Assembly (NCBI GenBank): GCA_043745805.1
Contig: JAYTSD010000028.1
Span: forward strand, 1-64,000
Source: Fibrobacteria bacterium
GTDB taxonomy: Bacteria > Fibrobacterota > Fibrobacteria > UBA11236
Length of the DNA: 64,000 nucleotides
Direction: 5' to 3'
Shown: positions 48,432 through 58,657 of the stretch, piece after piece
Numbering within the stretch: position 1 is the stretch's first letter
Layout: each line of letters opens with the position of its first letter
Notes under the pieces: generated by a model
Told to the model about the DNA's origin: nothing
Databases searched by the model: none
Seen by the model: the letters and a program-made list of their open reading frames with translations, nothing else
Made by a program: the position numbers and the translations under genes

Positions 48432-49526
48432 GTGATGGGACTTAATATTAAAAAAATCGGACCCAATAAATATTTCCTAGATGTTCGAGTTAGAGCTATT
48501 TCTGGCCGCCTTCGAGAGCGAGAAACTTTTCTCGGAACAAAACAGGAAGCCGAAGAAAGATTTCTTCAACTTCGAGAAGAGTTAAAGGCCGGAAAGACTT
48601 TAATATGCGCGTTAAAAACATTTGCGGATGTTCTCAATCTCTATAAGGAAAAACGTTTAACCTTACCTGGTAAAGAAATCAGTATCTATGCAAGACTAAT
48701 GCGTGATCTTGGTGCAATAGATCTGAAATCAATATCCCAACGGTTAGATGCTTATATCATGCTTTTGCGTAGATCATCATCAAAAAGGACAGGGAAGCCA
48801 CTTTCCAATGGAAGTATAAATCGACTTCTAACCTTTATTCGCGCTGCTTTTAACTTGGCTGTATCGTTAGAGTATTTGGAAAAAAGCCCAATTAGCAAAG
48901 CCCGATTTCCACGATTAAAGGAGACTCCACGGGACACAATTTTATCTCCACTTGCATTAGAAAATCTTTTTAATGCTATGGAAAAATATGCTCCACATCT
49001 GATATCCATTACTCAGTATGCCTTACAGGTTCCTTCACGAAAATCAGAATTAATCAATATGCGTTGCGAAGACTTAGATATGTTTCACCATGCAATAAGG
49101 GTTAGGAATGGGACTACTAAAAATAATGATGGAATATGGAAGCCAATTCCACCAAATATGCTTTCTTATTTTCGTTCGATTCCCGCAGGTAGCACTTTTA
49201 TCTTCTTCCGAGAAGAGAAAGGTGAATTTTTCCCTTTAGGAGATTTTAAAAAAGCCTGGGCCACTTGTCTCAAACACGCGGATATAAAAGATTTTCATTT
49301 TCACGATACCCGACATATGTCAGCTACCGATTTAGTCAATAATGGTACCCCAGAACAAACTGTTATGCAGATAGCTGGATGGCGTTCTAATATGCTTAGA
49401 AATTATTTTCATCGTGATGGCAAAGTTGCCCTGTCCCTTGTTAAATTTTCTCCGGGGTGGGTACACTCTGGGTACACTTTTGACGATCAAGGGGAAAAAG
49501 CGGAAGTAAATCAAAAATTACGGTGA
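48432..49526 (+). CDS. int: Tyrosine recombinase / integrase
   Basis: Catalytic residues R ('SRKSE'), K ('TTKN'), HxxR ('FHDTRH'), W ('AGW'), Y ('RNYF'); adjacent to tRNA. Confidence 0.95.
   Translation: MMGLNIKKIGPNKYFLDVRVRAISGRLRERETFLGTKQEAEERFLQLREELKAGKTLICALKTFADVLNLYKEKRLTLPGKEISIYARLMRDLGAIDLKSISQRLDAYIMLLRRSSSKRTGKPLSNGSINRLLTFIRAAFNLAVSLEYLEKSPISKARFPRLKETPRDTILSPLALENLFNAMEKYAPHLISITQYALQVPSRKSELINMRCEDLDMFHHAIRVRNGTTKNNDGIWKPIPPNMLSYFRSIPAGSTFIFFREEKGEFFPLGDFKKAWATCLKHADIKDFHFHDTRHMSATDLVNNGTPEQTVMQIAGWRSNMLRNYFHRDGKVALSLVKFSPGWVHSGYTFDDQGEKAEVNQKLR
49458..49478 (+). repeat. Direct repeat TGGGTACACT x2, candidate integrase arm-type sites
   Basis: Copies at 49458 and 49469, ~125 bp from the tRNA 3' end. 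Confidence 0.5.
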
Positions 49527-49570
49527 ATGAGAAATTGAGGTAAATATGGCGAATTTATGTGAATTAAAGC

Positions 49571-49601
49571 AAAAAAAGCCCCTCATTTCTGAGGAGCTTT
49601 T
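49571..49601 (-). terminator. Terminator hairpin downstream of tRNA-Gly (possibly bidirectional)
   Basis: AAAAGC-C-CCTCA TTTC TGAGG-A-GCTTTT with an A7 run (U-tract on the minus strand). Confidence 0.65.
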
Positions 49602-49676
49602 GGAGCGGGTTAAGCGACTCGAACGCTCGACCTTCTCCTTGGCAAGGAGATGCTCTACCAACTGAGCTAAACCCGC
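49601..49676 (-). tRNA. tRNA-Gly (anticodon GCC)
   Basis: Reverse complement GCGGGTTTAGCTCAGTTGGTAGAGCATCTCCTTGCCAAGGAGAAGGTCGAGCGTTCGAGTCGCTTAACCCGCTCCA: 76 nt cloverleaf with encoded CCA. Confidence 0.97.
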
Positions 49677-49730
49677 AAGTCAGTTTTCACTGAATTGAGG
49701 CAACAATTTTAAAATTTATTTGCAAAACGG

Positions 49731-50165
49731 TCAACCCTTTACCGGCTTTTTTTTGCCATTTGCAGCTAAAACTAAGATAGTCGCTCCTGAATTATGCGGT
49801 TCCTGATAATATGCTTTGAGTTTACCTTTCCAAACCGTTTTAGCACACCAATAAATACGTCCCCTAATGGTATCACGAGAATGTCCGCTACGACCATGCA
49901 CGACCCGCAAACGTGCCCCTGGAAGGTGTGAGAACTGTTCCAGCCATAATTCCACTTGGGCAATCGCCTCGTCAATCGTAAGTCCATGTAAATCCATTTC
50001 TTCATCCACCGCTTCTTCAATACGATGGCGAATTTTGGTCACAATTCTTTTTTTGGAACGCGCCCCATTTTTACCCTTCAATAAATTTGGATCGAGCAAA
50101 TCTTTTTTAGGGATCGGATTACGACTCATCCACTCCAATTGTTGTTTTCTTTTTTCTTCTGACAT
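49731..50165 (-). CDS. Smr/MutS2 C-terminal domain protein
   Basis: 'MDLHGLTIDEA', 'RVVHGRS', 'NSGATILVL'. Confidence 0.9.
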   Translation of the reverse strand: MSEEKRKQQLEWMSRNPIPKKDLLDPNLLKGKNGARSKKRIVTKIRHRIEEAVDEEMDLHGLTIDEAIAQVELWLEQFSHLPGARLRVVHGRSGHSRDTIRGRIYWCAKTVWKGKLKAYYQEPHNSGATILVLAANGKKKPVKG

Positions 50166-50185
50166 GCTACGATTTCATTTATCGA

Positions 50186-51241
50186 TTAAGGCAAAACCAA
50201 ATCAGGATGAGATTGCATTACACTCTCTACAATAGAAAAAAAAGGATGACTATCATTCCATGTTTCCCCATGTTTTCGATATCCATATTTTCCGCCGCTA
50301 TTTTGCAATTTAAATTTCTCTCCCATTTTTCTTAAGAATAGCACGGTTCTTTGTTGGCTTTCCACTTGTTGCAAATGCTGGCGAGTGAGTTTTAGCTCCT
50401 GCGACAGATAACCTGGAATGTCCACGGCTTCGCCGGTTTTACGTAAATACATAATATCACCGAGTAAATTTAATCGAGTATCTTGTGATAAAGTTAAAGC
50501 TAATTGGGTGAGTATTTCTGCATCCATTTCTCGTGTGAAGCCTTTCGCATGTGTCATCTCATGACATATCCCAATTAATCGCCAATAATGGGGTTCCGGA
50601 TGTTGGGCATTGGAGACCATAGCAATTTCACCAAAAAAAGGATCATGAAATGCTGGGCCACCATAAGCAAGGCCTAAAGTAGTGGTGAAGGGTCCCATGG
50701 TTTTAATGCGTTTAACTTTTCGGCCAGGCATAAGATCGAGTTTTAAAAGTAAACTGTCGAGCGCATTATTACAGCGGAATAACATTTCCTCCTCGCTTAG
50801 TGATTCATAAAAACTTGGGCTAAAATTTTCATTCAAATGTTTTTCATGTTGATTTTTTTGTGCTAAAAAACGGTCATAGACAAGGGGTTTGCCTTTAAGG
50901 ACCTTTGCCAAAGGCGCGCGCCAAGCTGTGGGAGCCATACATAAAGGAAATGCGCCTTGTCCCAAACTTAAAATGAACAAAAATAAGGGTCCGCAATAAA
51001 AGCAAAAATTGCGAATACTTTTTAAGGGATGCTGTTTTTGTTTTCGAAAAATCAACCAAAGCGCCAACCAAAATAGGGTAGAAGCAAGCCCAAGCCAAAT
51101 GCCCAATTCAACCATAGAAAATGGTGCTTTGTCTACTAAACTCCCTTTCAAACAGGATAATGGGTAACCCAAAAAAGTCCAATAAATCGCAAACAAAGGA
51201 ATAGGCCATGACATAGCTGAAAAGTAAAAATTAAAAGCCAC
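50186..51241 (-). CDS. DUF3810-like membrane-anchored zincin-motif protein
   Basis: N-terminal TMs with 'PFSMVEL', 'PFFGE', HExxH motif 'CHEMTHAKGFTRE'. Confidence 0.7.
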   Translation of the reverse strand: MAFNFYFSAMSWPIPLFAIYWTFLGYPLSCLKGSLVDKAPFSMVELGIWLGLASTLFWLALWLIFRKQKQHPLKSIRNFCFYCGPLFLFILSLGQGAFPLCMAPTAWRAPLAKVLKGKPLVYDRFLAQKNQHEKHLNENFSPSFYESLSEEEMLFRCNNALDSLLLKLDLMPGRKVKRIKTMGPFTTTLGLAYGGPAFHDPFFGEIAMVSNAQHPEPHYWRLIGICHEMTHAKGFTREMDAEILTQLALTLSQDTRLNLLGDIMYLRKTGEAVDIPGYLSQELKLTRQHLQQVESQQRTVLFLRKMGEKFKLQNSGGKYGYRKHGETWNDSHPFFSIVESVMQSHPDLVLP

Positions 51242-51360
51242 GCAAACTAAAAGGATGTTTTATTGGCATCTTTATGGAAGACAAAATGGAGGATTAAAAT
51301 AAAATAACCCGACGCAGACAGACGCTTTGCAATCACAGGGCGAATACTTAACTTTAGCGC

Positions 51361-52128
51361 ATGTTGATTTTACCTCTAGGATTATTCTTAAGTGGACTCT
51401 TTGGTTTTTGGCTGGGCAGTCCGCATTTTTTAAATCGTCGTAGCGAATTTCAAAATTGGCTGGATTACTTATATCCTATCGCTATCGCTTTCTTTTTAGG
51501 CTTTGTTTTCGCGACTTTAGTACCGCATGTATTTTTTCATCAGCCGCGCGCCATTCCTGCCTTTGCTTTGGGTGTACTTTGCATGTGGTTTTTGAATCGT
51601 AAAGTTTTTCATCAAGATCCTTGCTGCGAAGGTGGACATAATGCCAAGGGTTTTGGCATCGTATCTGCTGCGGCGATGAGTATCTGTTCATTAAATGATG
51701 GTCTACTTTTAGGCTTATTGGTTCCGCCGGTTTGGTCTAGCTTAAATTTGGGAATGACTATTCATAAAATCACTTCCACTTTTGCCGTAGCGCAAATTTT
51801 ACAACGCAGTCGTTACAAAGGTTTTAGTCTGTGGATATTCGGCATACTGTATAATCTAGTGAGTCCTGCGGCTTATTATATGGGCATCATGGGCTTGGTC
51901 GGTGGCGAGCGTTATCAAATTTGGGCATTGGGATTTTCCACGGGATTATTATCGTATATGGCCATTGCGAATATGTTACCCCATGCGAAAACTATTTTTC
52001 AAACCAAACCTAAAAGCCGTTATGTATTCGCGGTGGTTTTGCTTTTCTCTTTAGGCTTAGGGCTTTTGCATCAATCCTATCATGAGGCATTAGAAGAACG
52101 TTTTTTAAATGTGATTCATGTTCCCTAA
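51361..52128 (+). CDS. ZIP family metal transporter
   Basis: ~8 TM helices; 'SLNDGLLLG', 'IHKI', 'GFSTGLLSYMAIANMLPH'. Confidence 0.8.
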   Translation: MLILPLGLFLSGLFGFWLGSPHFLNRRSEFQNWLDYLYPIAIAFFLGFVFATLVPHVFFHQPRAIPAFALGVLCMWFLNRKVFHQDPCCEGGHNAKGFGIVSAAAMSICSLNDGLLLGLLVPPVWSSLNLGMTIHKITSTFAVAQILQRSRYKGFSLWIFGILYNLVSPAAYYMGIMGLVGGERYQIWALGFSTGLLSYMAIANMLPHAKTIFQTKPKSRYVFAVVLLFSLGLGLLHQSYHEALEERFLNVIHVP

Positions 52129-52137
52129 TTGATTTAA

Positions 52138-52236
52138 AGGGAGAGGTCTCTCCCTGGCTTCGGCCTCACAATTTCATTTGGACATTTCGATAGGCTCAAT
52201 GTCCAAATGAAATTGCGGGGTCCTCAGCCACCCACT
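52138..52236. repeat. REP-like palindromic element / bidirectional terminator between convergent genes
   Basis: 18-bp stem CAATTTCATTTGGACATT / AATGTCCAAATGAAATTG (52169-52215) with loop TCGATAGGCTC; adjacent palindrome AGGGAGAGGTCTCTCCCT. Confidence 0.65.
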
Positions 52237-52237
52237 C

Positions 52238-53215
52238 TTACCAGCCCAGAGGCTGGAATTCATTTTGCAAATAGGGGAGAAAGTCAGCTATGCCTTCTTC
52301 CAAGGAATACGATTTACCCTTAAATCCCACACTATGAATTTTATCCAACTTCGCTTCAGTGAAGTACTGGTATTTTTCTCTTAAACCTTCGGGCATGGGA
52401 ATAAAATCAATGCATGGATTTTTCCCTAAACATTTAAAAATGGCATTCATCATATCCACCCAACTTCGAGCTTGGCCGGTGCCTACATTATATAAACCAC
52501 CGGGAATTTTTTTATCGAGAAAAAATAAAGTCATTTCCACAGCCGATTTGATATACACAAAATCACGTAATTGCTCGCCGTCTTTATAATCGGGACGATG
52601 CGATTTAAATAGTTGTACTTTGCCTTGCGCTTGAATTTGTTGAAAGGCTTTGACCACCATACTTTTCATATCGCCTTTATGATATTCATTCGGGCCATAG
52701 ACATTAAAATATTTTAGTCCCACGCAATCTTTTAGATATTTTTTTTCTTGCAGCCACAAATCAAAAATTTGCTTGGAATAGCCATACATATTTAAAGGGC
52801 GAAGTTTTCCGATTTGACTTTCATCATCGGTATAGTGATTTTCTCCATTGCCATAGGTAGCGGCGGAAGAGGCATAAATAAAGCGAGCTTTATGGTCCAT
52901 ACACCACTGTGTTAAAACTTTGCTGTATTCAAAATTATTTTTGATTAAATAACTACCATCTTTTTCCGTAGTGGCAGAGCAAGCCCCCAAATGCAATATG
53001 GCTTCCACTGAAGAATTGTTAAACTGTCCATTTTGCAAAGCGAGGAGAAAATCGTTTTTTTCCATATAATCTTGAAAACGTAAAGGTACTAGATTTTTCC
53101 ATTTTTCGGAAATGCCGATTTCGTCAACCAGTAATAAATCGGTACGTCCCATGTCATTGAGTTTCCATGCTAATGCACTGCCGATAAATCCTGAGGCGCC
53201 TGTGATGATGATCAT
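52238..53215 (-). CDS. rfaD: ADP-L-glycero-D-manno-heptose 6-epimerase
   Basis: 'IIITGASGFIGS', 'HLGACSATTE', 'YASSAATYG', 'PLNMYGYSK', 'YFNVYGPNEYHKG', 'KYQYFTEA'. Confidence 0.95.
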   Translation of the reverse strand: MIIITGASGFIGSALAWKLNDMGRTDLLLVDEIGISEKWKNLVPLRFQDYMEKNDFLLALQNGQFNNSSVEAILHLGACSATTEKDGSYLIKNNFEYSKVLTQWCMDHKARFIYASSAATYGNGENHYTDDESQIGKLRPLNMYGYSKQIFDLWLQEKKYLKDCVGLKYFNVYGPNEYHKGDMKSMVVKAFQQIQAQGKVQLFKSHRPDYKDGEQLRDFVYIKSAVEMTLFFLDKKIPGGLYNVGTGQARSWVDMMNAIFKCLGKNPCIDFIPMPEGLREKYQYFTEAKLDKIHSVGFKGKSYSLEEGIADFLPYLQNEFQPLGW

Positions 53216-53293
53216 TTAATATCACTTTCCCAATCTGTTTGCTGTAAATGTAATTTTTATCCAACAAACTTTTTATGTAAGCGAAAGGCTTTT

Positions 53294-53950
53294 GTGAAAA
53301 AGTCGATCAAAGCGTTGGAAATATTGAATATCTTGGAAGAATACTATCCTAATCCACCTATTCCTTTAATTCATTATAGTCCTTTTACTTTATGCATTGC
53401 AGTATTGCTTTCGGCACAAACGACGGATAAAGCAGTGAACTTGGCTACACCAGCTCTATTTGCCTTAGCCGACAATCCCAAGGATATGCTTAAGCTATCC
53501 ATTCCCAAAATTCAAAGTTTAATTAAAACCATTGGCTTAGCACCAACTAAAGCCAAGGCCATTTGGAATCTCTCCCAACTAGTGATCAATAAATTCGGTG
53601 GGGAAATGCCACGCACTTTTGAAGAATTAGAAACCCTGCCCGGTGTGGGGCATAAAACCGCATCGGTGGTCATGTCGCAGGCTTTTGGTTTTGCAGCATT
53701 TCCGGTGGATACACATATACATCGCTTAGCGCATCGTTGGGGATTATCTAACGGAAAAAATGTGGAGCAAACGGAAAAAGATTTGAAGGCTTTGTTTCCC
53801 GAAAAGCATTGGAATAAATTGCATTTACAAATTATTTATTATGGTCGTGAATATTGCCCAGCGCGAAATCATGACTTAATGAAGTGTAAAATTTGTGTGC
53901 AATATGGTGTAGCTTCGGTGTTACGTGCAGAGGCTTCTAAATCCAAATAG
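53294..53950 (+). CDS. nth: Endonuclease III
   Basis: 'AVLLSAQTTDKAVN', HhH motif 'LPGVGHKTA', 'FPVDTHIHR'. Confidence 0.95.
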   Translation: MKKSIKALEILNILEEYYPNPPIPLIHYSPFTLCIAVLLSAQTTDKAVNLATPALFALADNPKDMLKLSIPKIQSLIKTIGLAPTKAKAIWNLSQLVINKFGGEMPRTFEELETLPGVGHKTASVVMSQAFGFAAFPVDTHIHRLAHRWGLSNGKNVEQTEKDLKALFPEKHWNKLHLQIIYYGREYCPARNHDLMKCKICVQYGVASVLRAEASKSK

Positions 53951-54369
53951 ACCAAGCTCCAAAATATACGAAGCCTCTTTTTATTTAAATGGGGGTACGG
54001 ATAAGGTTTTTTTAAATTCACTTGGGCGAGGATTTGTAACATTTCTGTATTTGGAAGCATATTTGGTGACTTGTCCCATAATTTTTTGCGTTTTTTAGGG
54101 TAAAATATTAGTCAACAGTCATAGTTTAATGTTTTGTAAATACTTTTAAAATGTATTTTTGTAGTGTAAAATAAATATTTTAATATAGCTATATTCTTTT
54201 ATTATTCAATAAAATAATATAATTAAAGACTTATTTGTAGTGTATTATTTTGTTAAATTATCTTTTAAATTGGAAATTTGAATTTGAAATGAGTTTGTCA
54301 CTTAAACGAAAAAAAGTGTAATGCCCTTGTAAATATTTGTGAGGTTTAATTATCTTATTAGTTCCTCGA

Positions 54370-54434
54370 TTAGCTTCCGTTGCGCGGGTAATAACGGGCT
54401 AGTCATTTATGCGGCGACTCTTCGGAGTCGCCGT
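54370..54434 (+). other. Tandem hairpins in the leader of the 1376-aa gene
   Basis: TAGC..CCGTT / AACGG GCTA stem and CGGCGACTC-TTCG-GAGTCGCCG stem with UUCG tetraloop. Confidence 0.45.
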
Positions 54435-54526
54435 CCTCGTTTTAAGAATTATTTTAGCGAACTTTTTTTCGACTAAAGCAATGAACGGTTGCCGCTTAAA
54501 CCCAAAAAATCCATTTTCTGAATTCG

Positions 54527-57500
54527 ATGATGAATCTTAAGTCAAACTATCTTCCCTTGGTAATTTTACTCACATTATTATACGGCATTGGAATAAGCGG
54601 ACAGGTTTATACCATTGACAATACCCATACGCTTTCTTCTGTGGCAACCACGATAGCCTCACTTGCCCCCACGGATACATCAACTCAACAAATTCGTTTT
54701 AAAGAATATTCCAATGTGAGCCAAAGCTCCTTCAAATTGATTTCTGCTTTTCAAGGCAATATTGTTTTTGAACGTGAGTCTGAAAGCGATTCGCTGATCA
54801 CTATTCCACAAGACTCAATTCTTTTTGAATTTAAACGCATTAAGGGGACGGTAACCTTAAGGGGACTAGCCTTTAAATTGAATGGGGATAATAGTGTGCT
54901 CATTGCAGGTTCGGAAACAGGTAAGGAAAATGCCAAACTCATTTTGGATTCGTGCATTATCATGGGTGACGACATCAAATCCACTTTTATTTCATGGTTG
55001 GGTAAAGTGGATAGTCGCATTGAAATACGCCGCTCCTATTTCGTGGCAAAAAATGGAACAAGTTTAATCAATTTAAATGCTGGTACGATTGTATTAGAAA
55101 ATAATGCAATTAATTTTAGTGGCCGAATTATTTCCAGCGCGAATGAATTATTACATGTTGAATATAATACTGTGATACGAACTCAATTGGATTGTCGTGA
55201 TGGAAATAATGCGGTGGCGACTTTTTTAAATAATTGGTTTCCTTTAAGAGGTAGAGATTATTCTAAGCCACCTAATACGGTAGGCTATTTCCCCATTTAT
55301 TTTGCAGGTTTTTTTTCAGTGAATGATACGATTAAAAATAATTTGATTTCCAATGGGGAATGGAAAGGTTTTGATTTTCCCGACGGCACTTCAAAATTTA
55401 GCGATATCTCCAATAAACATAATGCACGCCCATCCTCGCGCGACACCACAGAATTATGGAATTGGTATTTTTTGGATTCAACGAATGTCGGTTTTGGTGC
55501 TGGCCCACATAGAAAAAAAACAGCGTATAATGTTTTTCCTGACTCCAATGAATTTAGTACTTCATTTGATAATCGGTTTTTGCGTTTAAGTTTTATGTCT
55601 TCCGCAATTCCCCGCACATTAGTTCCCGAGTATAGTTCGGTGCTGCTTTCAGATACATCCTTGTATAATGATTTGCGTTTGGTTTGGCCACAAAAAGGGG
55701 GATTACATTTCGGCGCATTTAAAATATTTAGTATCATACTGGATACGGTAACAAATTTTGGTACGCCGATATTATTAGCTAATCAAGGCGCAACGGGATT
55801 ATATAAAAGACAAAGTTCAGGGTCTGCAAATGAAAATGATAAAGTTATTCTTTTTAGTAATGAATGGCTCTCGGCAAAATATTTTCATCCTGCCTTCAGC
55901 GCAAATACATCAAAAGGCATTAACATCACTCCTGATTCGCAAAACTTAGGCGTAGGTGACAGTATTCTTTTTACTCAAGTTACTTTACCGGGTAGAACTA
56001 TTTTTGTGGGTTCAAGCGCACCGCCAATGCCTAGCAACTATCGTGATTTAAATGTGAGTGTGGGTTATAGTACCAATGCCGTATTAAATGGAAATATTGA
56101 TTTTGGAACCAATGTCAAAACACAAATCCCCTATGAGGCGAATAAGGTTTATTGGTGGATTCCTTCTGGTGATACACTATTGTCTACCACAAGCAAGAAT
56201 GGACGCTTTATGTCGAAATATAAGGCCGTAAATGCCTTACAGGCCTATCTCGTCGAAGTAGTAAATACCCCCAAAGGTAAAAGCAGCTTATCCTCTTCTA
56301 CATGGGGACAAATTCAATTTCAATCTGAAAATGGTTTTCAATTTTATTTGGATAGCACTTCTTTTACTGCGGATAGCAATAAATATGGGAGCAGTAGTAA
56401 ACCTTTAAAGTTTGATTGGGCGGGGCGAGGAATTAATGATAGTGTGATTTGGAGTGGGAATTTTAAAACACCCGATCATGAACTTTGGAAAAATGTCAAT
56501 GGAGTATATTCGCCGGTGCTGGTTAAAGCAGATAGTTCGCATTTTGAATTTGCATTGTCGGCAGGCGATAGTAATGCTTATTTCTTTCAAGCCATTCCTT
56601 TTAATGTGTTTAAAAACCAACTATTTACAGCTACCCTAGGTGATGTTTCCGTTGCGAATTTATTGTCTTCGAATTCCGGTAAAATAAGTTTTGCGAATGC
56701 CGATCCAGATCCGCTCGATCCTTTATTTCTGAATACTAAATGGCTCGGTGGTAAATCGATAAAAACTTTACGCATCAATTTAACACAAGCTTATCAAATC
56801 ATTTTGGACCAAGTGAAAGCCCATGCCCCCAGTGATAAGGTTAAGCTATTGGGATATGATGGCAGTAATTGGATGGCCATGGATTCCGGCAATTTTGTGC
56901 TGGGCTCGCCGAGTAAATATCAATTTAATTTGCCCTTACTGCCTTCGTTACCATTAAGTGGAATTAGTAAATTTGCTATTCTAGAAGTATTACCTCCGGC
57001 AGAAAATATAGTGACCTTTACGGAGCCAGTTGTAAAAGGGGAAACCGCGGTAACCTTTTTGGCTGTAACTAAACCTGGTTTTGATTCTTCGGTTATAAAA
57101 AAATATGGAGTACAAATGTTTTCGCTCAATGCTCAAGGGCAATTTGTGGCCGAATCTCCACCCGATTCTTTAAGCGCTAAGCCAATAGGCACCGCATTGA
57201 CCAAGACTTTATCACCGGGGAAAATTTATTGGTATCAATTACAATATTTGGAAAAAGATTATCAAGTTTATGGAAATCAATTGGTGAATAATTTGGAGGG
57301 GCCTAAAATTAAATATGGTGATTTGCCGCTGATTTCACCCACTGCAAAAAATCATTGGCAAATTATTGGTTTTCCGTTTGATGGATTGGGTAAACATTTT
57401 ATTAAAAATTCAAATTTGGAATTGGATGTCTTGAAATTTAAAGATGTATCGGAATTTTATGATGGTATCGCGAAGGTTACAAATAATGGAGCAAAGGACA

Positions 57501-58657
57501 GTTCTTATTTTAATAAGGTTGCCTTTCCACAAACCTTAAAAAGAGCGAGTGCCTATTTGTTTGCCGCTTCCCGCCCCTTTAACTTCGCTCTAGATAGCAC
57601 GGCTAAGTTTCCTGACGGCAAAGTTTATACCACGGCTGCATCGTCTGCGGGTTGGAAGTTTATTGGAAACCCATTTCCTTTTCCTTTTGCGGTGAACGCG
57701 ATTCATTCCAATCAGGATCAAAACTTTGTTTTTCAAAATTTAACTTTTAAGGACACTCTGGAAACCTATCAGTGGGATACGGTTACTGTTCTGCAACCCT
57801 TTAAAGGCTATGCGGTTTATTTACAGGCTGGTGAAATGTTAAGCTTTGATCCCTTTAAATTAGGTAATAATGCCCTTGCCAAAAAAAGCAGAATGGCTAA
57901 TTTGCAAGCCGTAAACCCATGGGCCACGTTAAAGATTGGTGAGGATGTCAATGCGCTCTCAGGCATGACTTTTTTTGCTGGAAATAAATACCGCTCTATT
58001 CCGAATTTGCCTGCACTGCAACAAAAGCTTAGACTTAAAATAGGTGGCGGCGAGGGCTATTTATACAAAGCCGTGACACTGTCGGATAAAGCCATGTCGC
58101 TGTCAAAAAAAGCCATGACGGTCATGGAAATAAATGAAAGCTTGAATATTTTTAGCGATAAAACAAAATCGGCTTTATTGAAATTCACTTCGGAGGCGGA
58201 TAAGGATTTAGAGACTTTTGCATTATGGAACAAAAATTCTGGGGAAACTATTCAGGCTAATCATGAGGTAACTTTGCAGTTAATAGCAGGAAATAATGCT
58301 TATCAATTTATTGCAGGCGATTCTGATTTTGTAAAGCAAACTTTAAGTGCTTTGCAGGCAAATATTAAAGACCTGCAATTAACTTTGCAAAATTATCCGA
58401 ATCCATTTAATGCGCAAACTCAAATCAACTTTACTTTACCGGCGGGTTTAGGGCATTATGAAAAATTAGCTTTGGAAATAATTAATTTGCAAGGTATTCG
58501 CATTTGGAATAAGTCCCTAAATGATTTTACCTTGGGTTCACATTTTATTGCGATCGAGCCTTTACATTGGGCGCCCGGAGTTTATGTGGCAAAATTAAGA
58601 GTGCAAACCGACAAAAAAACTTTTACCATTAAACGGAAGATGATGAGGGTACCTTGA
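54527..58657 (+). CDS. Large secreted protein with T9SS-type C-terminal sorting domain; N-terminal beta-helix-like region
   Basis: Signal peptide; 'GWKFIGNPFPF' motif; C-terminal 'QNYPNPFN...INFTLP...IINLQG...PGVYVAKL...KMM'. Confidence 0.85.
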   Translation: MMNLKSNYLPLVILLTLLYGIGISGQVYTIDNTHTLSSVATTIASLAPTDTSTQQIRFKEYSNVSQSSFKLISAFQGNIVFERESESDSLITIPQDSILFEFKRIKGTVTLRGLAFKLNGDNSVLIAGSETGKENAKLILDSCIIMGDDIKSTFISWLGKVDSRIEIRRSYFVAKNGTSLINLNAGTIVLENNAINFSGRIISSANELLHVEYNTVIRTQLDCRDGNNAVATFLNNWFPLRGRDYSKPPNTVGYFPIYFAGFFSVNDTIKNNLISNGEWKGFDFPDGTSKFSDISNKHNARPSSRDTTELWNWYFLDSTNVGFGAGPHRKKTAYNVFPDSNEFSTSFDNRFLRLSFMSSAIPRTLVPEYSSVLLSDTSLYNDLRLVWPQKGGLHFGAFKIFSIILDTVTNFGTPILLANQGATGLYKRQSSGSANENDKVILFSNEWLSAKYFHPAFSANTSKGINITPDSQNLGVGDSILFTQVTLPGRTIFVGSSAPPMPSNYRDLNVSVGYSTNAVLNGNIDFGTNVKTQIPYEANKVYWWIPSGDTLLSTTSKNGRFMSKYKAVNALQAYLVEVVNTPKGKSSLSSSTWGQIQFQSENGFQFYLDSTSFTADSNKYGSSSKPLKFDWAGRGINDSVIWSGNFKTPDHELWKNVNGVYSPVLVKADSSHFEFALSAGDSNAYFFQAIPFNVFKNQLFTATLGDVSVANLLSSNSGKISFANADPDPLDPLFLNTKWLGGKSIKTLRINLTQAYQIILDQVKAHAPSDKVKLLGYDGSNWMAMDSGNFVLGSPSKYQFNLPLLPSLPLSGISKFAILEVLPPAENIVTFTEPVVKGETAVTFLAVTKPGFDSSVIKKYGVQMFSLNAQGQFVAESPPDSLSAKPIGTALTKTLSPGKIYWYQLQYLEKDYQVYGNQLVNNLEGPKIKYGDLPLISPTAKNHWQIIGFPFDGLGKHFIKNSNLELDVLKFKDVSEFYDGIAKVTNNGAKDSSYFNKVAFPQTLKRASAYLFAASRPFNFALDSTAKFPDGKVYTTAASSAGWKFIGNPFPFPFAVNAIHSNQDQNFVFQNLTFKDTLETYQWDTVTVLQPFKGYAVYLQAGEMLSFDPFKLGNNALAKKSRMANLQAVNPWATLKIGEDVNALSGMTFFAGNKYRSIPNLPALQQKLRLKIGGGEGYLYKAVTLSDKAMSLSKKAMTVMEINESLNIFSDKTKSALLKFTSEADKDLETFALWNKNSGETIQANHEVTLQLIAGNNAYQFIAGDSDFVKQTLSALQANIKDLQLTLQNYPNPFNAQTQINFTLPAGLGHYEKLALEIINLQGIRIWNKSLNDFTLGSHFIAIEPLHWAPGVYVAKLRVQTDKKTFTIKRKMMRVP

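Larger units (their letters stand above)
1..49676. mobile_element. Integrative conjugative element inserted at the 3' end of tRNA-Gly(GCC); left boundary not in window
   Basis: Relaxase-like gene, T4CP, VirB4 and other T4SS genes, ArdC/RadC/SSB, and xis + tyrosine integrase directly adjacent to the tRNA 3' end; housekeeping genes begin right of the tRNA. Confidence 0.88.

Noticed and set aside
1-49600. Prophage interpretation of the int/xis region
   Set aside because: No capsid, terminase, portal or tail genes; content is conjugative
53850-53900. Incomplete Fe-S cysteine motif in Nth (three Cys)
   Set aside because: Nth variants with degenerate Fe-S motifs are known; not considered novel
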